63,096 nucleotides of DNA from a virus (Duplodnaviria; Caudoviricetes): positions 1 through 63,096 of IMG/VR virus record IMGVR_UViG_3300008267_000043; one strand, written 5' to 3'. Of this stretch, positions 9,303 to 20,307 are shown in pieces. The translations under genes were made by a program, and so were the position numbers. Every line of letters begins with the position of its first letter. The first letter of the stretch is position 1. The notes under the pieces were generated by a model. The model saw nothing but the letters and a program-made list of their open reading frames with translations. It had not been told where the DNA came from and did no database searches.

Positions 9303-12300
9303 CTACTCAAATTCCTTGATGGCTTCCTCAATGCGGGGGCGTAGCTTCTTGTCCAACTGAACCCCGTGGTACATCTCCTCAGAGATTTTGTCCCGCGCCT
9401 TGACTGAGGCAGTCAGGGTCTTGCCAGTGATGCCAAGCTCAGGGTACTTTTCACCCAGCGCATACAGTTTGTCCTCAAGCTCATTGGCGCGTTCATAGTC
9501 GCCCTCACGTTGTGCCACGTAGTATTTCTTGAGCAGGGACTTCTCTTGTTTGCGGATTTCGTCACCCATTTTCTTGGCGTATGCGTTGGTCTCGTATTGA
9601 GCCAGCAAGTCAGCAGGGGCAAAGCCCAGCACCTGCATGGCGGCGTTGTAACCGTTGACTTCACCCATCACTGGGTCACCACGTAGTGTATTCACACCTT
9701 CGGTGGCGTAACGCACACCCTTGAACACGTTGCGGATGGCGATAGGCAGCATGGCCTCAATGCCGCGCTCTATATGTCCGTCTGCAATCAGTTCTTTGGC
9801 ACGGAAGAAGTTGTTGACGATGGCGTACGGCGCACCAAGCACTGCCTCCACAATGCCGCTCAGGGCGCTGGCATCTGCTTTATCGGTTTTGTTTTCACGG
9901 TAGATCAAGTCCGTCCAGCCCACACGGTCAGCAATACCAAGGTTGGTGATGTAATTGACTGGGCCTTTGAACGCCATCTCACCCAAGTATCTGCGCATCA
10001 CAGAATCAAAGTCTTCTTCGTCATCATCGGTGGTTGCGTTGTATGCGGCTTCGGCAATCCAATACAAGGGTAAACCCTTGACGCCAGAAAACAGCGCCCC
10101 TATGAAGTAAATACCAGCCAACTGCCTACGTGCGGCGTAGATTTCCTCAAGTTCTTTACCTGTCGCGCCTTCAACGGGCAGCGAACGCTTTATGGTATTG
10201 AACAACATGTAGTACATGGTGAAGCTAAACCGCTTGAACACGGTAAGAACTTTGCCTATGTCTGACTGACCAATGCTTGGCCCGGATTCAGTGTGACCCG
10301 CACCGTGTGCAAACTCCACCAGACGGATGGCCTTTTCAATGGCTTGTTCCTTGTTGCCGCTCTTGGCCATTTCCAACTCATATGCGGCAATCGCCGTGAC
10401 CTCACGGTTGTAGCGTTCGGCTTGGTGGAACATGGAGGCTGACAAAATCGCAACCTTTTCGGCAACACCCTCGGTGCTTTTTGGGTCAAGGGCTTCATGC
10501 GCCATCGACTCCACCAACAGGCCAAGTTTGTCAAGGCGACCAAACAGGTCTTTGTACTGCGGCAACTTGCCGTTCCCAATCAAGTTCTCAACGGACATGC
10601 CCACACTGACAAACCCACGTTGCTCAACTTCTTGCCCGTTGATGTCCACAACCTTACGGGTGATACCACTCCCCCCAAACAACTTGGTAGCCGCCAAAAT
10701 TGCACGGCCCGCGTTGGCGAAGCCGTAAGTGCCCCCCAACTGTGGAAGAACGATCAAAGGCACTGAGGTGGTGTTGACCACTGCGGATGAGACGTTACCA
10801 GCCAAGTTGAAATAGAACGCACTGGAACTGGCCAACCGTGCCCAGCCAGCAAACGTGGGGTTCATTGCAAACTCACGGCGGCTCTCCAACTCTTGCCACA
10901 ACTCCTTGGCACGTACGGCGTCATCTCCGCGCAGCTCAGCGCCCTTTTCTTTCACTTCGTCCAAAAGTTTTTGCAGGGGCTCGTTGTACCGCATCCGGGA
11001 GAGTTGACGTGCCGTGCGATCAGTCACGCTGGCAAAGCCTTTGGCCACATCACGCTCATATCCGGGTGTACCCTTACGGGTTTGGAATGACTTCAACAGA
11101 CTGGTCTCTGGCAGGGCACTCACGATCAGCTCAAGGAACTTCTCAACTGCGGTGTCTTCTGCGCCGCCGTCCTTCATGATTTTGACGATCTGTGCGGCCA
11201 CGGTTCCACGTGGAACGTTGCGGGGCTTCATGCTCTCCACACGGGAGTATTCTTCAATGCCAGTATGACCTGCGGCTTCCGCTTCGGCTTTTGCCCTGCG
11301 GCGATCAGCTTGGGTGTCAAACAAACGTTGCACGGTTTCGTTTGTGGTTTTATCCACGTACTGCATCCAGTACTCACCAGAACGGAACAGCGGCGAATAG
11401 TGGTCGATGCCCATCTTGGTGATCTGGTCGATGATCTTCTGGTACGCAGTCATCGCCTGAGCTTTGTCTTCAAAGGTGGCATCCATGTGGGTACGGATGG
11501 AGTCTTTCAACTCTTTGAACAGCACCTTGAATGAGGCGAAGTGGTCGTTGTACAGCTTCTTCTCGGTCTCAGACAACTTGTTGTACCGCTTGTTCAGGTC
11601 ATCCCATGCGGCCAATTTCTCAGGACTGCCTGTGTATTTACTGCGTGGGGCGGCAGGGTTCACGTCCTCCAGTGTGGAGTCGTTCACCAAATCACACCAG
11701 AAGTCATAGTTTTGGGTTTGGGAGAACTCTTGCAGGCGTTCTTTCAACGGTTGGAGCTTGGCGGACAGGTTCTGGTAGTACCCAGCCATCTCATTCACCG
11801 TATCAGCAAACTCAACGGATGCGTTGCCAACCAGCTTGGCACCCACTTGGCCCAAGGCCGACAGGTTCAAAAACCGCTGGGAGAACGCACGGAGGGACAG
11901 CCCAGTTTTCTCCAAGCCGCCAAGGATTTCAGCGGCTCGCTCGGGGGTCACCAATGGTTGGTTGTTGATGATGTAGTCAGTGCCCTTGAAGATTGCGTCC
12001 ACAACTCCGGGGTTCTTGATTGATTGAGCGTACAGGGTGTTGCCTGTGCGTTGGTCAGGGGGCACACTCACTATCTCATTGAGTAACCGGTCAATCGTAT
12101 CTGTCACGCTCTCAGATGTTTTAGGTTGGAAGCCCAACGCCCGACGGATGACGTTCATGATCTTGTCCCAAACGGACAACTTGTTGCCGGGAGCGTACTT
12201 CTCGCTAAGCTGCGTGCGGAATGAATCGTTACTCCAAAACTCAGCCACAAACTCCTGTAAGTCTGTCGCGCCGTACGCACCGTCAATGTCTGCCTTCACG

Positions 12301-15293
12301 CCATCAAAAATCTGCTGTAACTGGCGAGTTACAGGATGTGAAGGGTTGGCAATGATGTGGGACAGGCCAGCATGAGCTGCTTCGTGCAGGATTTCATACT
12401 CGGTGGCGTTTGTTGGCAGGTAGATTGTGTTGGTCTCTGGGTCGTACTGGGCTTTCTCTGCGCCATACACCAGCTTTACATCGCCCATGAGCTTGGACAA
12501 CACACCAGCAATCTTGCCTGCAAACTCCGATGAGGGGCTGTCAGCCAAAGCATCCAAGGCACCAACCAGATCACCCCGCGCCAAGAGTTCAAGAACCGCA
12601 GGATGTGCCTCAGTGTGCAGTGCGGCAGTCTCTGGGGACGCATCGTATCGGTTACGACCATCATTCACGATGCCATCAAACGCATCATCAGTTGCTTCGC
12701 CAAAGTACACGTCGTCAATGACTTGTTGCAGGGAGGCTTTTTTAGCCGCCTGCTTTTCGGTCTTGACCTGCTCTTTGGTGGCCTTCTTTACTTTTTGCTG
12801 TTTTTCCAGCTTTGCAGTCGCAGTTTGGCTTCTGCGGTTTTCTTTTTCATAAAGGTTAATGTGCTTGTCCAAGAAGCTGACAGCTTCTTTTGACATGTTT
12901 GCACGAACCCAATCAGCAGCTCTTTTCGCATGAATGCCACCTTGTCCTTTAAAAAATTCGGCTTCGGCTTTGGTGCCGAACATCATCTCTGGCTCGCCTT
13001 TCAGCGAGGTCATTTTGGAATTACGGTACGCAGTAGGCTGATACACCAAGTCGTTGGCAATTGATTTCAACGCCAGCTCAGGGAGAACTTTGCCAAAGTA
13101 CGCCTTGGCATCTTTTTCCTCTTGGGTCAGCTTGCCCTTCTTGCCCAGCTTCTCTTGAGCAACGGCTAAATCTTGAGCAAACGTAGCAACAGTCGGTGCT
13201 TTACCTTCTTCGGCAACGGCAATTTCAGTAGCCGTACGAGGAGCCTTCTTTCGTCCTTTAGCAACCACGGGAGCGGCAGGAGCAACAGGAGCAGTGACAA
13301 CAGGAGCAGCTTCATTAGATACCTCGCTTACTGCAACGGCTGGCTGTCCTTCTCCGACAGCAAGCTCTCCAGCATTCTGCTCAGCAGGAACCACTCCATC
13401 TCGTTCAGATGTTGCAGGGGTTTCGGTGGTGGCTCCTGCAACGGGTTCGCTAACCACGCCAGTGCCTCCTCCACTTGTGTCGGTGACAGGTTCTGCAACA
13501 TTTTGATCTCCAAATGCAAACGCACGGGTGGCTGCTTGTTGCTTGGCCTTGGTAGGGGAAGTAACCTCAGCCTTCATTTCTGCGCGGGCATCTTCAACTT
13601 CTTTGCCACGGCCATCAGCATACAGGCTGTCCAAAACTTTGGCGTAGTTTTCTTCGTTAACGTTGGTCATGCCCACTTTGGATGGGTCTTCAATTGTCTG
13701 GATAAATTGGCGCACACCATCAGGTGTTGCCATGTCCACGCCAAGCAGGGAGTTGCCCAGTTTGGATGTGGCTGGGATACGCAGAGCCTTGAGAACATCA
13801 ACGGTCACTGGGTCAGCAGGGGCGTTCGTTGCCCCCATGTCGCCAAACGCGAACCCACGCATACCTTGCTCTTGGCTGACCTTACGTTCAGTCCGCGCCT
13901 TCTCGACCCCGGGGGCAAACATGCCGCCCGTACCGGGTGTTGGCTTGGCAGTTGAGAACGCACTCTCAGCGGCTTTCTTGGCGTCGATGGCGGCAATGTC
14001 GTCTTTGGCTTTCTGTACTTGGGCTTCCAAGTCAGCGTACGCCTGTGAACCGGGACGCTGCTCGTCCATGCGCGAAGCCAAGGCATTGAGTTCCATCTCA
14101 CGGGCTTTGCGTGCCTCGTTGTCTGCGATGGCGGCTTCCATGTCCGCTTGTGTGCGGCCAGCCTTGGGGAACTGCTTGTCAATCTGTTGTTGAAGTGCCG
14201 TGGGGCCACGTGTGGCTTGTGCCGCAGCTTCTGCCTGTGCTTGCGCATCAAGCGCTTCTTTGGCTTCCTTGGTAGTGGCAATGTCTTTCTTGGCTGTGCG
14301 GTACTCCGACACGCCTGTGGGCACACCAAACCCTGCGCCACCGATTGCGCCCTTGACGAACGCTTCTTTATATTGCTGAATGTTTTCAGGGGACAGCAGG
14401 TCTTTTGTGCTGCCCGCAATTTGTTCTGCGTAGGCACCGATGGCCTCTTGCGTAGATTCAGTCAAGCCTTCCGTAGCGGCAGACTTGGTAGCGGCTGTAG
14501 CGATGGACTTCCACACTTTCGGTGCGGCACCGGATTCTTTGGCCAGCTTCTCAATGACCTTCAACTTGCCATAAGGCCCGAGCGTATCCAGCACGTTACC
14601 GGGCACTACTGAGTCCAATGCGGCACTCAAGCCACCTGTCAAGGCAGCAAGGCCGGGTTCAAACTTACCGGTTTCACGGTAGATGCCTTCAAAGATTTCA
14701 GGGGCGTTCTGGGCGTATGAGCCCAAGTACACACCGCCGTACATGCCAGCACGGCCACCAGCTTCAGCAGCTTTTGTAACTCCAGCCAAGGCCGCACGTG
14801 TGGGAGGGCCAGCTTTTGTTGCAGCTTCTAACGCCGCACGTCCAGCAATACGACTACCCACCATGCTGCCGCCAACACCGGGAATGATTGCAGTTGCCGC
14901 AGTGGGCACCAGCTCGCCAAGGGTTTCTGTGGCGTATTGGGCGGCTTCAAATGGACTGGTAACTTCTGTGTACGACTTGAACTGTGTGGGGTATTTGCGC
15001 TCCAACGCCTCGCGGCTGGCCTGCGCTTCATCCATTTGTTGCTTGGAATAGTCTTCAAACCCCAACGCACTGCCAGCCATTGCTGGGAGGGTATCGGCCA
15101 AAGCGATACCTGTTTCCCCCAAAGAACGCATGGCCCCACGTTTAAAAATTGTGCCCAAACTTGCTTCAGGCTTTGGAACTGGGAAATCATATTTTTCCGC
15201 AAGCTTTGTCACCAGTGACTGAAACTGCTCTGGGGATAGCCCATCGGGGAATGAAACATCCCCGATCTTTGGAAACTTAATGATTGTTGGCAT
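9303..15293 (-). CDS. Giant internal virion/ejection protein (polyvalent type) with an HExxH metallopeptidase-like domain
   Basis: 1996 aa, last late gene; ILHEAAH...QEFVAE zincin-like motif. Confidence 0.7.
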   Translation of the reverse strand: MPTIIKFPKIGDVSFPDGLSPEQFQSLVTKLAEKYDFPVPKPEASLGTIFKRGAMRSLGETGIALADTLPAMAGSALGFEDYSKQQMDEAQASREALERKYPTQFKSYTEVTSPFEAAQYATETLGELVPTAATAIIPGVGGSMVGSRIAGRAALEAATKAGPPTRAALAGVTKAAEAGGRAGMYGGVYLGSYAQNAPEIFEGIYRETGKFEPGLAALTGGLSAALDSVVPGNVLDTLGPYGKLKVIEKLAKESGAAPKVWKSIATAATKSAATEGLTESTQEAIGAYAEQIAGSTKDLLSPENIQQYKEAFVKGAIGGAGFGVPTGVSEYRTAKKDIATTKEAKEALDAQAQAEAAAQATRGPTALQQQIDKQFPKAGRTQADMEAAIADNEARKAREMELNALASRMDEQRPGSQAYADLEAQVQKAKDDIAAIDAKKAAESAFSTAKPTPGTGGMFAPGVEKARTERKVSQEQGMRGFAFGDMGATNAPADPVTVDVLKALRIPATSKLGNSLLGVDMATPDGVRQFIQTIEDPSKVGMTNVNEENYAKVLDSLYADGRGKEVEDARAEMKAEVTSPTKAKQQAATRAFAFGDQNVAEPVTDTSGGGTGVVSEPVAGATTETPATSERDGVVPAEQNAGELAVGEGQPAVAVSEVSNEAAPVVTAPVAPAAPVVAKGRKKAPRTATEIAVAEEGKAPTVATFAQDLAVAQEKLGKKGKLTQEEKDAKAYFGKVLPELALKSIANDLVYQPTAYRNSKMTSLKGEPEMMFGTKAEAEFFKGQGGIHAKRAADWVRANMSKEAVSFLDKHINLYEKENRRSQTATAKLEKQQKVKKATKEQVKTEKQAAKKASLQQVIDDVYFGEATDDAFDGIVNDGRNRYDASPETAALHTEAHPAVLELLARGDLVGALDALADSPSSEFAGKIAGVLSKLMGDVKLVYGAEKAQYDPETNTIYLPTNATEYEILHEAAHAGLSHIIANPSHPVTRQLQQIFDGVKADIDGAYGATDLQEFVAEFWSNDSFRTQLSEKYAPGNKLSVWDKIMNVIRRALGFQPKTSESVTDTIDRLLNEIVSVPPDQRTGNTLYAQSIKNPGVVDAIFKGTDYIINNQPLVTPERAAEILGGLEKTGLSLRAFSQRFLNLSALGQVGAKLVGNASVEFADTVNEMAGYYQNLSAKLQPLKERLQEFSQTQNYDFWCDLVNDSTLEDVNPAAPRSKYTGSPEKLAAWDDLNKRYNKLSETEKKLYNDHFASFKVLFKELKDSIRTHMDATFEDKAQAMTAYQKIIDQITKMGIDHYSPLFRSGEYWMQYVDKTTNETVQRLFDTQADRRRAKAEAEAAGHTGIEEYSRVESMKPRNVPRGTVAAQIVKIMKDGGAEDTAVEKFLELIVSALPETSLLKSFQTRKGTPGYERDVAKGFASVTDRTARQLSRMRYNEPLQKLLDEVKEKGAELRGDDAVRAKELWQELESRREFAMNPTFAGWARLASSSAFYFNLAGNVSSAVVNTTSVPLIVLPQLGGTYGFANAGRAILAATKLFGGSGITRKVVDINGQEVEQRGFVSVGMSVENLIGNGKLPQYKDLFGRLDKLGLLVESMAHEALDPKSTEGVAEKVAILSASMFHQAERYNREVTAIAAYELEMAKSGNKEQAIEKAIRLVEFAHGAGHTESGPSIGQSDIGKVLTVFKRFSFTMYYMLFNTIKRSLPVEGATGKELEEIYAARRQLAGIYFIGALFSGVKGLPLYWIAEAAYNATTDDDEEDFDSVMRRYLGEMAFKGPVNYITNLGIADRVGWTDLIYRENKTDKADASALSGIVEAVLGAPYAIVNNFFRAKELIADGHIERGIEAMLPIAIRNVFKGVRYATEGVNTLRGDPVMGEVNGYNAAMQVLGFAPADLLAQYETNAYAKKMGDEIRKQEKSLLKKYYVAQREGDYERANELEDKLYALGEKYPELGITGKTLTASVKARDKISEEMYHGVQLDKKLRPRIEEAIKEFE

Positions 15294-15295
15294 GA

Positions 15296-17749
15296 TTATT
15301 CTTGGAGGAAATCAAACACAGAGCGTGCACCACCACTTGCCACAGGTGCGGCTGAGTCCGCATTTTGCTGCATCACGTCATTGATGTACTGGTTGCGTAA
15401 CTGGTTGTACTGATACTGCCCTTGAATTGGGCCAAGTTGCTGCACCAACTCCGCTTGTTTACGGGCGTTACGGTTATCAAAGTCCGCAATTGCTTGGCGA
15501 CGAACACCCGCCAGCCGTGCTTGTGCTTGTGAGCTTTGAGCGGCGGCAGAGGCTCCCTTGACACCCAGCAACTGGTTGAACTGCTGGGCTTTCTCTTTAC
15601 GGCCTTCGCGGGCCTCAGCCAACGAACCTTGTTGGTAAGCACCTTGTTGAGCAAGTTCCCGCTTCCTGAGTTCAAGCTGCTGTTGTTGCATCTGCAACTG
15701 ACGGACGTTGCTGGCAAACTGTGTAGCGGCTGCGGTGTCGCCTTTGGAAAGCGCAACCTTGTACTTGGTGTACTCCATCTGCATACGAGCGTCGTTTGCG
15801 TCAGCTTCTTGCATGAGCTTTTGGCTTTCCTTGGCGGATGCGGCCAATGTTGGGGACGCACCTGCGGCACTCTCCAAGAACCGGGCACCGGGCTTCGCAG
15901 CACCTGCGGCCATTGCAAAGCCAAACTCAGCCAAGGCTTTACCCAAGGCTTGCTCTTTGATTTCTTTGGACTTGCCAGACTGTTTGTCAATCATGGCTTG
16001 AAGTCCCTTCAAGTCTTCTGCGCTTTCAGACGCAAAATACTCTTTGGCTTTTTTGATCTCAGCAAGCAGGTCATCGCTTGTGTAGCCCTTTTCAGCGGCG
16101 GCGGCTTTGATTCCCGCTGGGATTGCGGGTAACTCTGCGCTGGGTTTGGCTTTGGGCTCAGCTTTGGCTGCTGGCAGTTTGATATCCGATGCGGCGTTGT
16201 ACCCTTGATACGAGCCACGGCCAGCACCCGCTGTGGATGTTGTTGGTGGTTTTGCTGCGGTAGTGGTTTTGGCTTTTTCTTCAGCCACGCTTTTTTCATA
16301 CCGTTGGCGGTTTTCTAAGGCAGCTTTGGGGGTCAGGAAGTCTCTGATACCACTCAAGGTAGGTAGGTTGTAATCTTCAGGGGTCAACTCATCAGGGTCA
16401 ACCACGGCCCCACGATCAGCAAACGCCACGATGCCACCATCGGCATACTGCTCCATCAAGCGGTCAGCGTACTGGTCAGTGATGCCAGCGCCCAAGCCAT
16501 TACGCATGGAGGCACGTTCTGCCAATTCAGCTTCAATCATCTGCAACTGACCAACATCACGTCGGTTCATGGCGGCTTCACGGGCAGCAGCAAGCTGTTG
16601 ATCGCTCAACTTGGCCAGAATGTTCTCAACGTTGCCTTCGCTGGTCACGCCACCATCAGCATACGAATTCACTTCGCCGCCTTCAGCCATGAACTTGCTC
16701 AAGCCATAGATGCCGGTACCCAAGCCAGCAATTTGACCAAGCGCAGAGCCTTCTGGCTGATACATCTGGGTAACGCTGGATGAACCTGTTGGAGTACCAC
16801 GCAACAAGTCGGACATGAAGCCCAACTGTTTGTACGGATAATTCTCTTGGTTAAGGAAGTCCTGATACGCAATATCTAAACCGCGCTGGCGTTGCGCCTG
16901 CTCCATACCACCATATGCAGACTGGAGCTTGTTGATGTCCATGCCTTGCTGGAACTGCTGACCACCCAACTGGCCAAGAGTACCGGCTGCTTGCAGACCA
17001 GTTTGAAGTCCTTGCATACCCAAGCCAGCGCCATACTGACGAGACTGCTCACCCAACTGCTGGGCTTGCATACGACGAGCTTGGTCGGCGTTGAATTGTG
17101 CTTGTGCTTGCTGGAATGACTGATTCAAACCCTGAGCTTGGATATCACCTTTTTGCAGCGCCAGATTGCGTGCAGCCTCTGCATCTGTAATTGCTTGACG
17201 TGAGCCGCCAAACGCGCCTGATCTGACTGCTTGTGCGCCACGTTGGGTGCCAGCAATATCTGCTTGGCGTTGTGCTTCGCGCTGTTGAACATCCACCACA
17301 TTCTGCATGTAGGGGTTCATGTACTGTTCAGCGGCACGATTACCGAACTGCCCCCCTGAGAAACGCCCAGCCTGATAGTTAGTACCCAACGCGCCCATGC
17401 CAGCCATGCCAGCCAAGCCAGTAGCCGTACCTAATTGAGATGCGGGGGCCATTGTGCTTGCGCCAGTCATTGCTTTGTTTTGGAGGTCACCAAATCCAGC
17501 AATTCGGGATTTATCGTATGTTTGATATGGGTTTTGGCCAGTATCAGTTAAGGCTTCGCCTTTTGCCAATATGTTTTTGGCATACGGTTTGGCCCAATCT
17601 GGCAAGTCAGAAGTTTGGGTTGTTTGTTGGGTGGTGCTACCGCCACCGCCACCACCGTCACCATAAACAATACGCCCGCCTTCAGCGCGGGTTACTGAAT
17701 CGCCCAAGGGCTCGCCCAATGCGTAAAGTTGGCGACGTGAATAGCTCAT
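15296..17749 (-). CDS. Internal virion/DNA ejection protein
   Basis: YMNPY..NV and GAFGGSR motifs, Q/A-rich coiled coils, position in the ejection cluster. Confidence 0.65.
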   Translation of the reverse strand: MSYSRRQLYALGEPLGDSVTRAEGGRIVYGDGGGGGGSTTQQTTQTSDLPDWAKPYAKNILAKGEALTDTGQNPYQTYDKSRIAGFGDLQNKAMTGASTMAPASQLGTATGLAGMAGMGALGTNYQAGRFSGGQFGNRAAEQYMNPYMQNVVDVQQREAQRQADIAGTQRGAQAVRSGAFGGSRQAITDAEAARNLALQKGDIQAQGLNQSFQQAQAQFNADQARRMQAQQLGEQSRQYGAGLGMQGLQTGLQAAGTLGQLGGQQFQQGMDINKLQSAYGGMEQAQRQRGLDIAYQDFLNQENYPYKQLGFMSDLLRGTPTGSSSVTQMYQPEGSALGQIAGLGTGIYGLSKFMAEGGEVNSYADGGVTSEGNVENILAKLSDQQLAAAREAAMNRRDVGQLQMIEAELAERASMRNGLGAGITDQYADRLMEQYADGGIVAFADRGAVVDPDELTPEDYNLPTLSGIRDFLTPKAALENRQRYEKSVAEEKAKTTTAAKPPTTSTAGAGRGSYQGYNAASDIKLPAAKAEPKAKPSAELPAIPAGIKAAAAEKGYTSDDLLAEIKKAKEYFASESAEDLKGLQAMIDKQSGKSKEIKEQALGKALAEFGFAMAAGAAKPGARFLESAAGASPTLAASAKESQKLMQEADANDARMQMEYTKYKVALSKGDTAAATQFASNVRQLQMQQQQLELRKRELAQQGAYQQGSLAEAREGRKEKAQQFNQLLGVKGASAAAQSSQAQARLAGVRRQAIADFDNRNARKQAELVQQLGPIQGQYQYNQLRNQYINDVMQQNADSAAPVASGGARSVFDFLQE

Positions 17750-18174
17750 GATTCATCCTTAAAAAACTTTTGGTACGTCACACTCTGTACCTCATACCCG
17801 TGAGAGCCAGCAGATTTTCTCCAGCCCGGGCGTCCAATAAATTCAATGCCGGAACATCCGGCGTCCTTGGCAAACCTGTCCAGCAGGTCGTACATCTCAT
17901 CTTCTACATACTGCATGTGATTGGGTTCTCCCGCGCAGTACTGCACCGTCAACATCTTGCACCGTGGGTAGTCTTTAACTTCCGTTATGACATGCCCGTA
18001 AATTTCGTTGTCGTCATGTCCTACCCACAACTGCATCTGGCCGTTCAACACAAACCGCAAAATGTCATCGACTGTGGCACGCCCCCGTGTCCATTCCTGT
18101 GATTTCACCAAGTAAGGCAACAAAGGGGAAATGACCCCCGCTACCGTCCCGGGCGGAATCAACGACATCCTCAT
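17746..18174 (-). CDS. GNAT-like acetyltransferase in the ejection cluster
   Basis: QLW..., FAKDAGCSGIEFIGRPGW; position analogous to T7 gp13. Confidence 0.55.
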   Translation of the reverse strand: MRMSLIPPGTVAGVISPLLPYLVKSQEWTRGRATVDDILRFVLNGQMQLWVGHDDNEIYGHVITEVKDYPRCKMLTVQYCAGEPNHMQYVEDEMYDLLDRFAKDAGCSGIEFIGRPGWRKSAGSHGYEVQSVTYQKFFKDES

Positions 18175-20279
18175 GCTGGCAGATATTTCTCAGAGCGGCT
18201 GTTCTTGGCAACCTTGCCTTTACCCACTGTTTTACCGCGAGCCTTTTGAATTCTGTCCATCATGGCGTACAGCTTACGTGCGCCAGCCTCAGTCGAGCCA
18301 TTGCCCAACTCAGAAACGATACGTGCAGGTACAACAAATTCACCGTCGGCCAAACGTGCGGGTTGCTTTTTGCCAATCATGGCTGGGATGGAATCAGACA
18401 CGCCGTCACCGGGGCCACGAAGCAGTCGGCCACCGTCAGAGTAGTCGCCAAGGTGAGAGCCACCAGCCGCATAAGCAGCCATCAAACCACCATTTGCTGC
18501 ACCAGAAGCAGCGCCAGCAGCCATACCATGCCCGCCTGTACCCATAGCAGCAGCACCGCCGCCACTTCCACTACCGGTAGAAACACCGCCCCCGCCGCCA
18601 CCGCCACCGCCAACGCCATGTAGGCCAGATAAACCAGACGAGGGGCTGCTAACACCGATACCCCCAACGGATTGCGAGGCCATACCTGCTGGGCCAAAGC
18701 CCATTGCACCAGCATTGCCTGATGTTGCGCCGGGCGCACCAAAACCGGCGCTCATGCCACCGTCACCACCAACACCATGTAAAGCGGATAAAGCCGCAGA
18801 AATAGCCTGTGCTTGTTGGGCGTTGTTTGCATCGGCTTTTGTTTGCGCATCGGCCAATGTGCTTTCAACTTGGGTGAAGTTGGGCGAATCATTAAAAGTT
18901 AAACCCTCAGACACTTGAACATTTTGTGGGTTTGGGTTTGGCTTGCTCATTTTGAAAGCAAGGTACCCAAGGCCCGTTTGAGCGGCATCGCCTATTTTGC
19001 TCAACGCCAAAGAAGGCACGGCCATAGGAGTAATCTTCCCGCCGCCATCAACCATTGCGGTTGGAAGGGCTCTGGTTCCCGGTGTTTGGTTGCCTTGGTT
19101 ACTGCTGTAACCCCCGCCCACTGGAAGAGGTTCGGCAGGTTGGTTGGTTTTAACTTGGTTGTCCGACGGCATTGCCTCAATCTTTTTGAACATCTGAGTC
19201 AACGGGTCATACGAATACTTGTCTGGTACAGCAACTTCACCGCCATCAGCAAAGTTCATTTCGCCAGTCATAGGGTTTACACCAGTATCCGACACACCCT
19301 GCAACACGTTCCGGGAGATAGGTGTTTGATACGGCGTGGCGTATGCGCCCTTGTTGATGTCGGCCATTGGGTAGCCAGTATTTGCACCGACAGCGTTTGC
19401 GTCCGACATAGCCTCGATTGGGCCACCGCCAGCGTACCCATAGATATTCTTGGCTTGTGGCTGGCTGATTGGTGTAAACGTCGGACTGAAATATCTTTGC
19501 TCTCTGCCCAATGGGTCAGGTTCCGAGGTTTCTTTAGTACGTCCGGGGGAGTATGTGTACCGTTGTCCGGGGTCAGTGTCCGTTTTGATTTCAGGCTGCT
19601 TGGTAGTTGTTTGAGGAGCCGTCAAAACAGGTGCGGCTGCGGCCATCCCGTATTTCATAAGTCCTTTGGCACCGCCAATGTTGCTCATGAAGGCATCGCG
19701 GCCAGCTTCTGAGCCAAGTCCTTTTACGCCAGCCAGTGCTGAGTCAAACGCAGACCCGACTACAGGAGCGGCTCCCGGTGCAACCGCCGCGCTTTGCCCC
19801 AAAGCTTCCAGACCAGCCTGACCAAATCCTGCATTTTGTGCGGCAAGCATGGCTGCTTGTGAACCAGCTCCAGTAGCAGCCCCGGGGACTCCCAGTGCGC
19901 CAGCAGTGGCTTGAGCAGTGCCTGCGCCTGCGCCCATGAACCCGCCCATCAAGCCTGCGCCACCATATGCGCCAAGACCGGCCATCAAGCCTTTACTCAA
20001 GCTGCCAGACGCTACTCCTGTGACCCCACCCATAACCAAGCTTGCCATCATTGGGGGCATACCCATAGCAGTTAAAGCAGCGCCGCCAATCATGGGCAGT
20101 AAACTGGACAAAAAGCCAGCTTCAGGCAGGCCGGTCTGGGGGTTAATAGTCAATTGCCCGCCGTGGGCCATCGCCAAATCGTTCAAGCCTTTTACCTCGT
20201 CACGGGACATGTGGACGAGGGTCGTGTCTGGGCCGCGACCATGCGCAGCTAGGTGATTGGCGGCAAGCTGTAGGCTCAT
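18171..20279 (-). CDS. Internal virion/ejection protein, Gly/Ala-rich
   Basis: N-terminal INPQTGLPEA leader, hydrophobic helices, C-terminal GPGDGVSDSIPA..LADGEFVVPA module. Confidence 0.6.
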   Translation of the reverse strand: MSLQLAANHLAAHGRGPDTTLVHMSRDEVKGLNDLAMAHGGQLTINPQTGLPEAGFLSSLLPMIGGAALTAMGMPPMMASLVMGGVTGVASGSLSKGLMAGLGAYGGAGLMGGFMGAGAGTAQATAGALGVPGAATGAGSQAAMLAAQNAGFGQAGLEALGQSAAVAPGAAPVVGSAFDSALAGVKGLGSEAGRDAFMSNIGGAKGLMKYGMAAAAPVLTAPQTTTKQPEIKTDTDPGQRYTYSPGRTKETSEPDPLGREQRYFSPTFTPISQPQAKNIYGYAGGGPIEAMSDANAVGANTGYPMADINKGAYATPYQTPISRNVLQGVSDTGVNPMTGEMNFADGGEVAVPDKYSYDPLTQMFKKIEAMPSDNQVKTNQPAEPLPVGGGYSSNQGNQTPGTRALPTAMVDGGGKITPMAVPSLALSKIGDAAQTGLGYLAFKMSKPNPNPQNVQVSEGLTFNDSPNFTQVESTLADAQTKADANNAQQAQAISAALSALHGVGGDGGMSAGFGAPGATSGNAGAMGFGPAGMASQSVGGIGVSSPSSGLSGLHGVGGGGGGGGGVSTGSGSGGGAAAMGTGGHGMAAGAASGAANGGLMAAYAAGGSHLGDYSDGGRLLRGPGDGVSDSIPAMIGKKQPARLADGEFVVPARIVSELGNGSTEAGARKLYAMMDRIQKARGKTVGKGKVAKNSRSEKYLPA

Positions 20280-20307
20280 TTTTGCCTCTTAAAACGGGGG
20301 TTGGTGG

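Noticed and set aside
20100-20135. Sortase signal LPEAG in the 702-aa protein
   Set aside because: It is near the N-terminus rather than C-terminal with a TM and basic tail, there is no sortase, and the spanins indicate a Gram-negative host.
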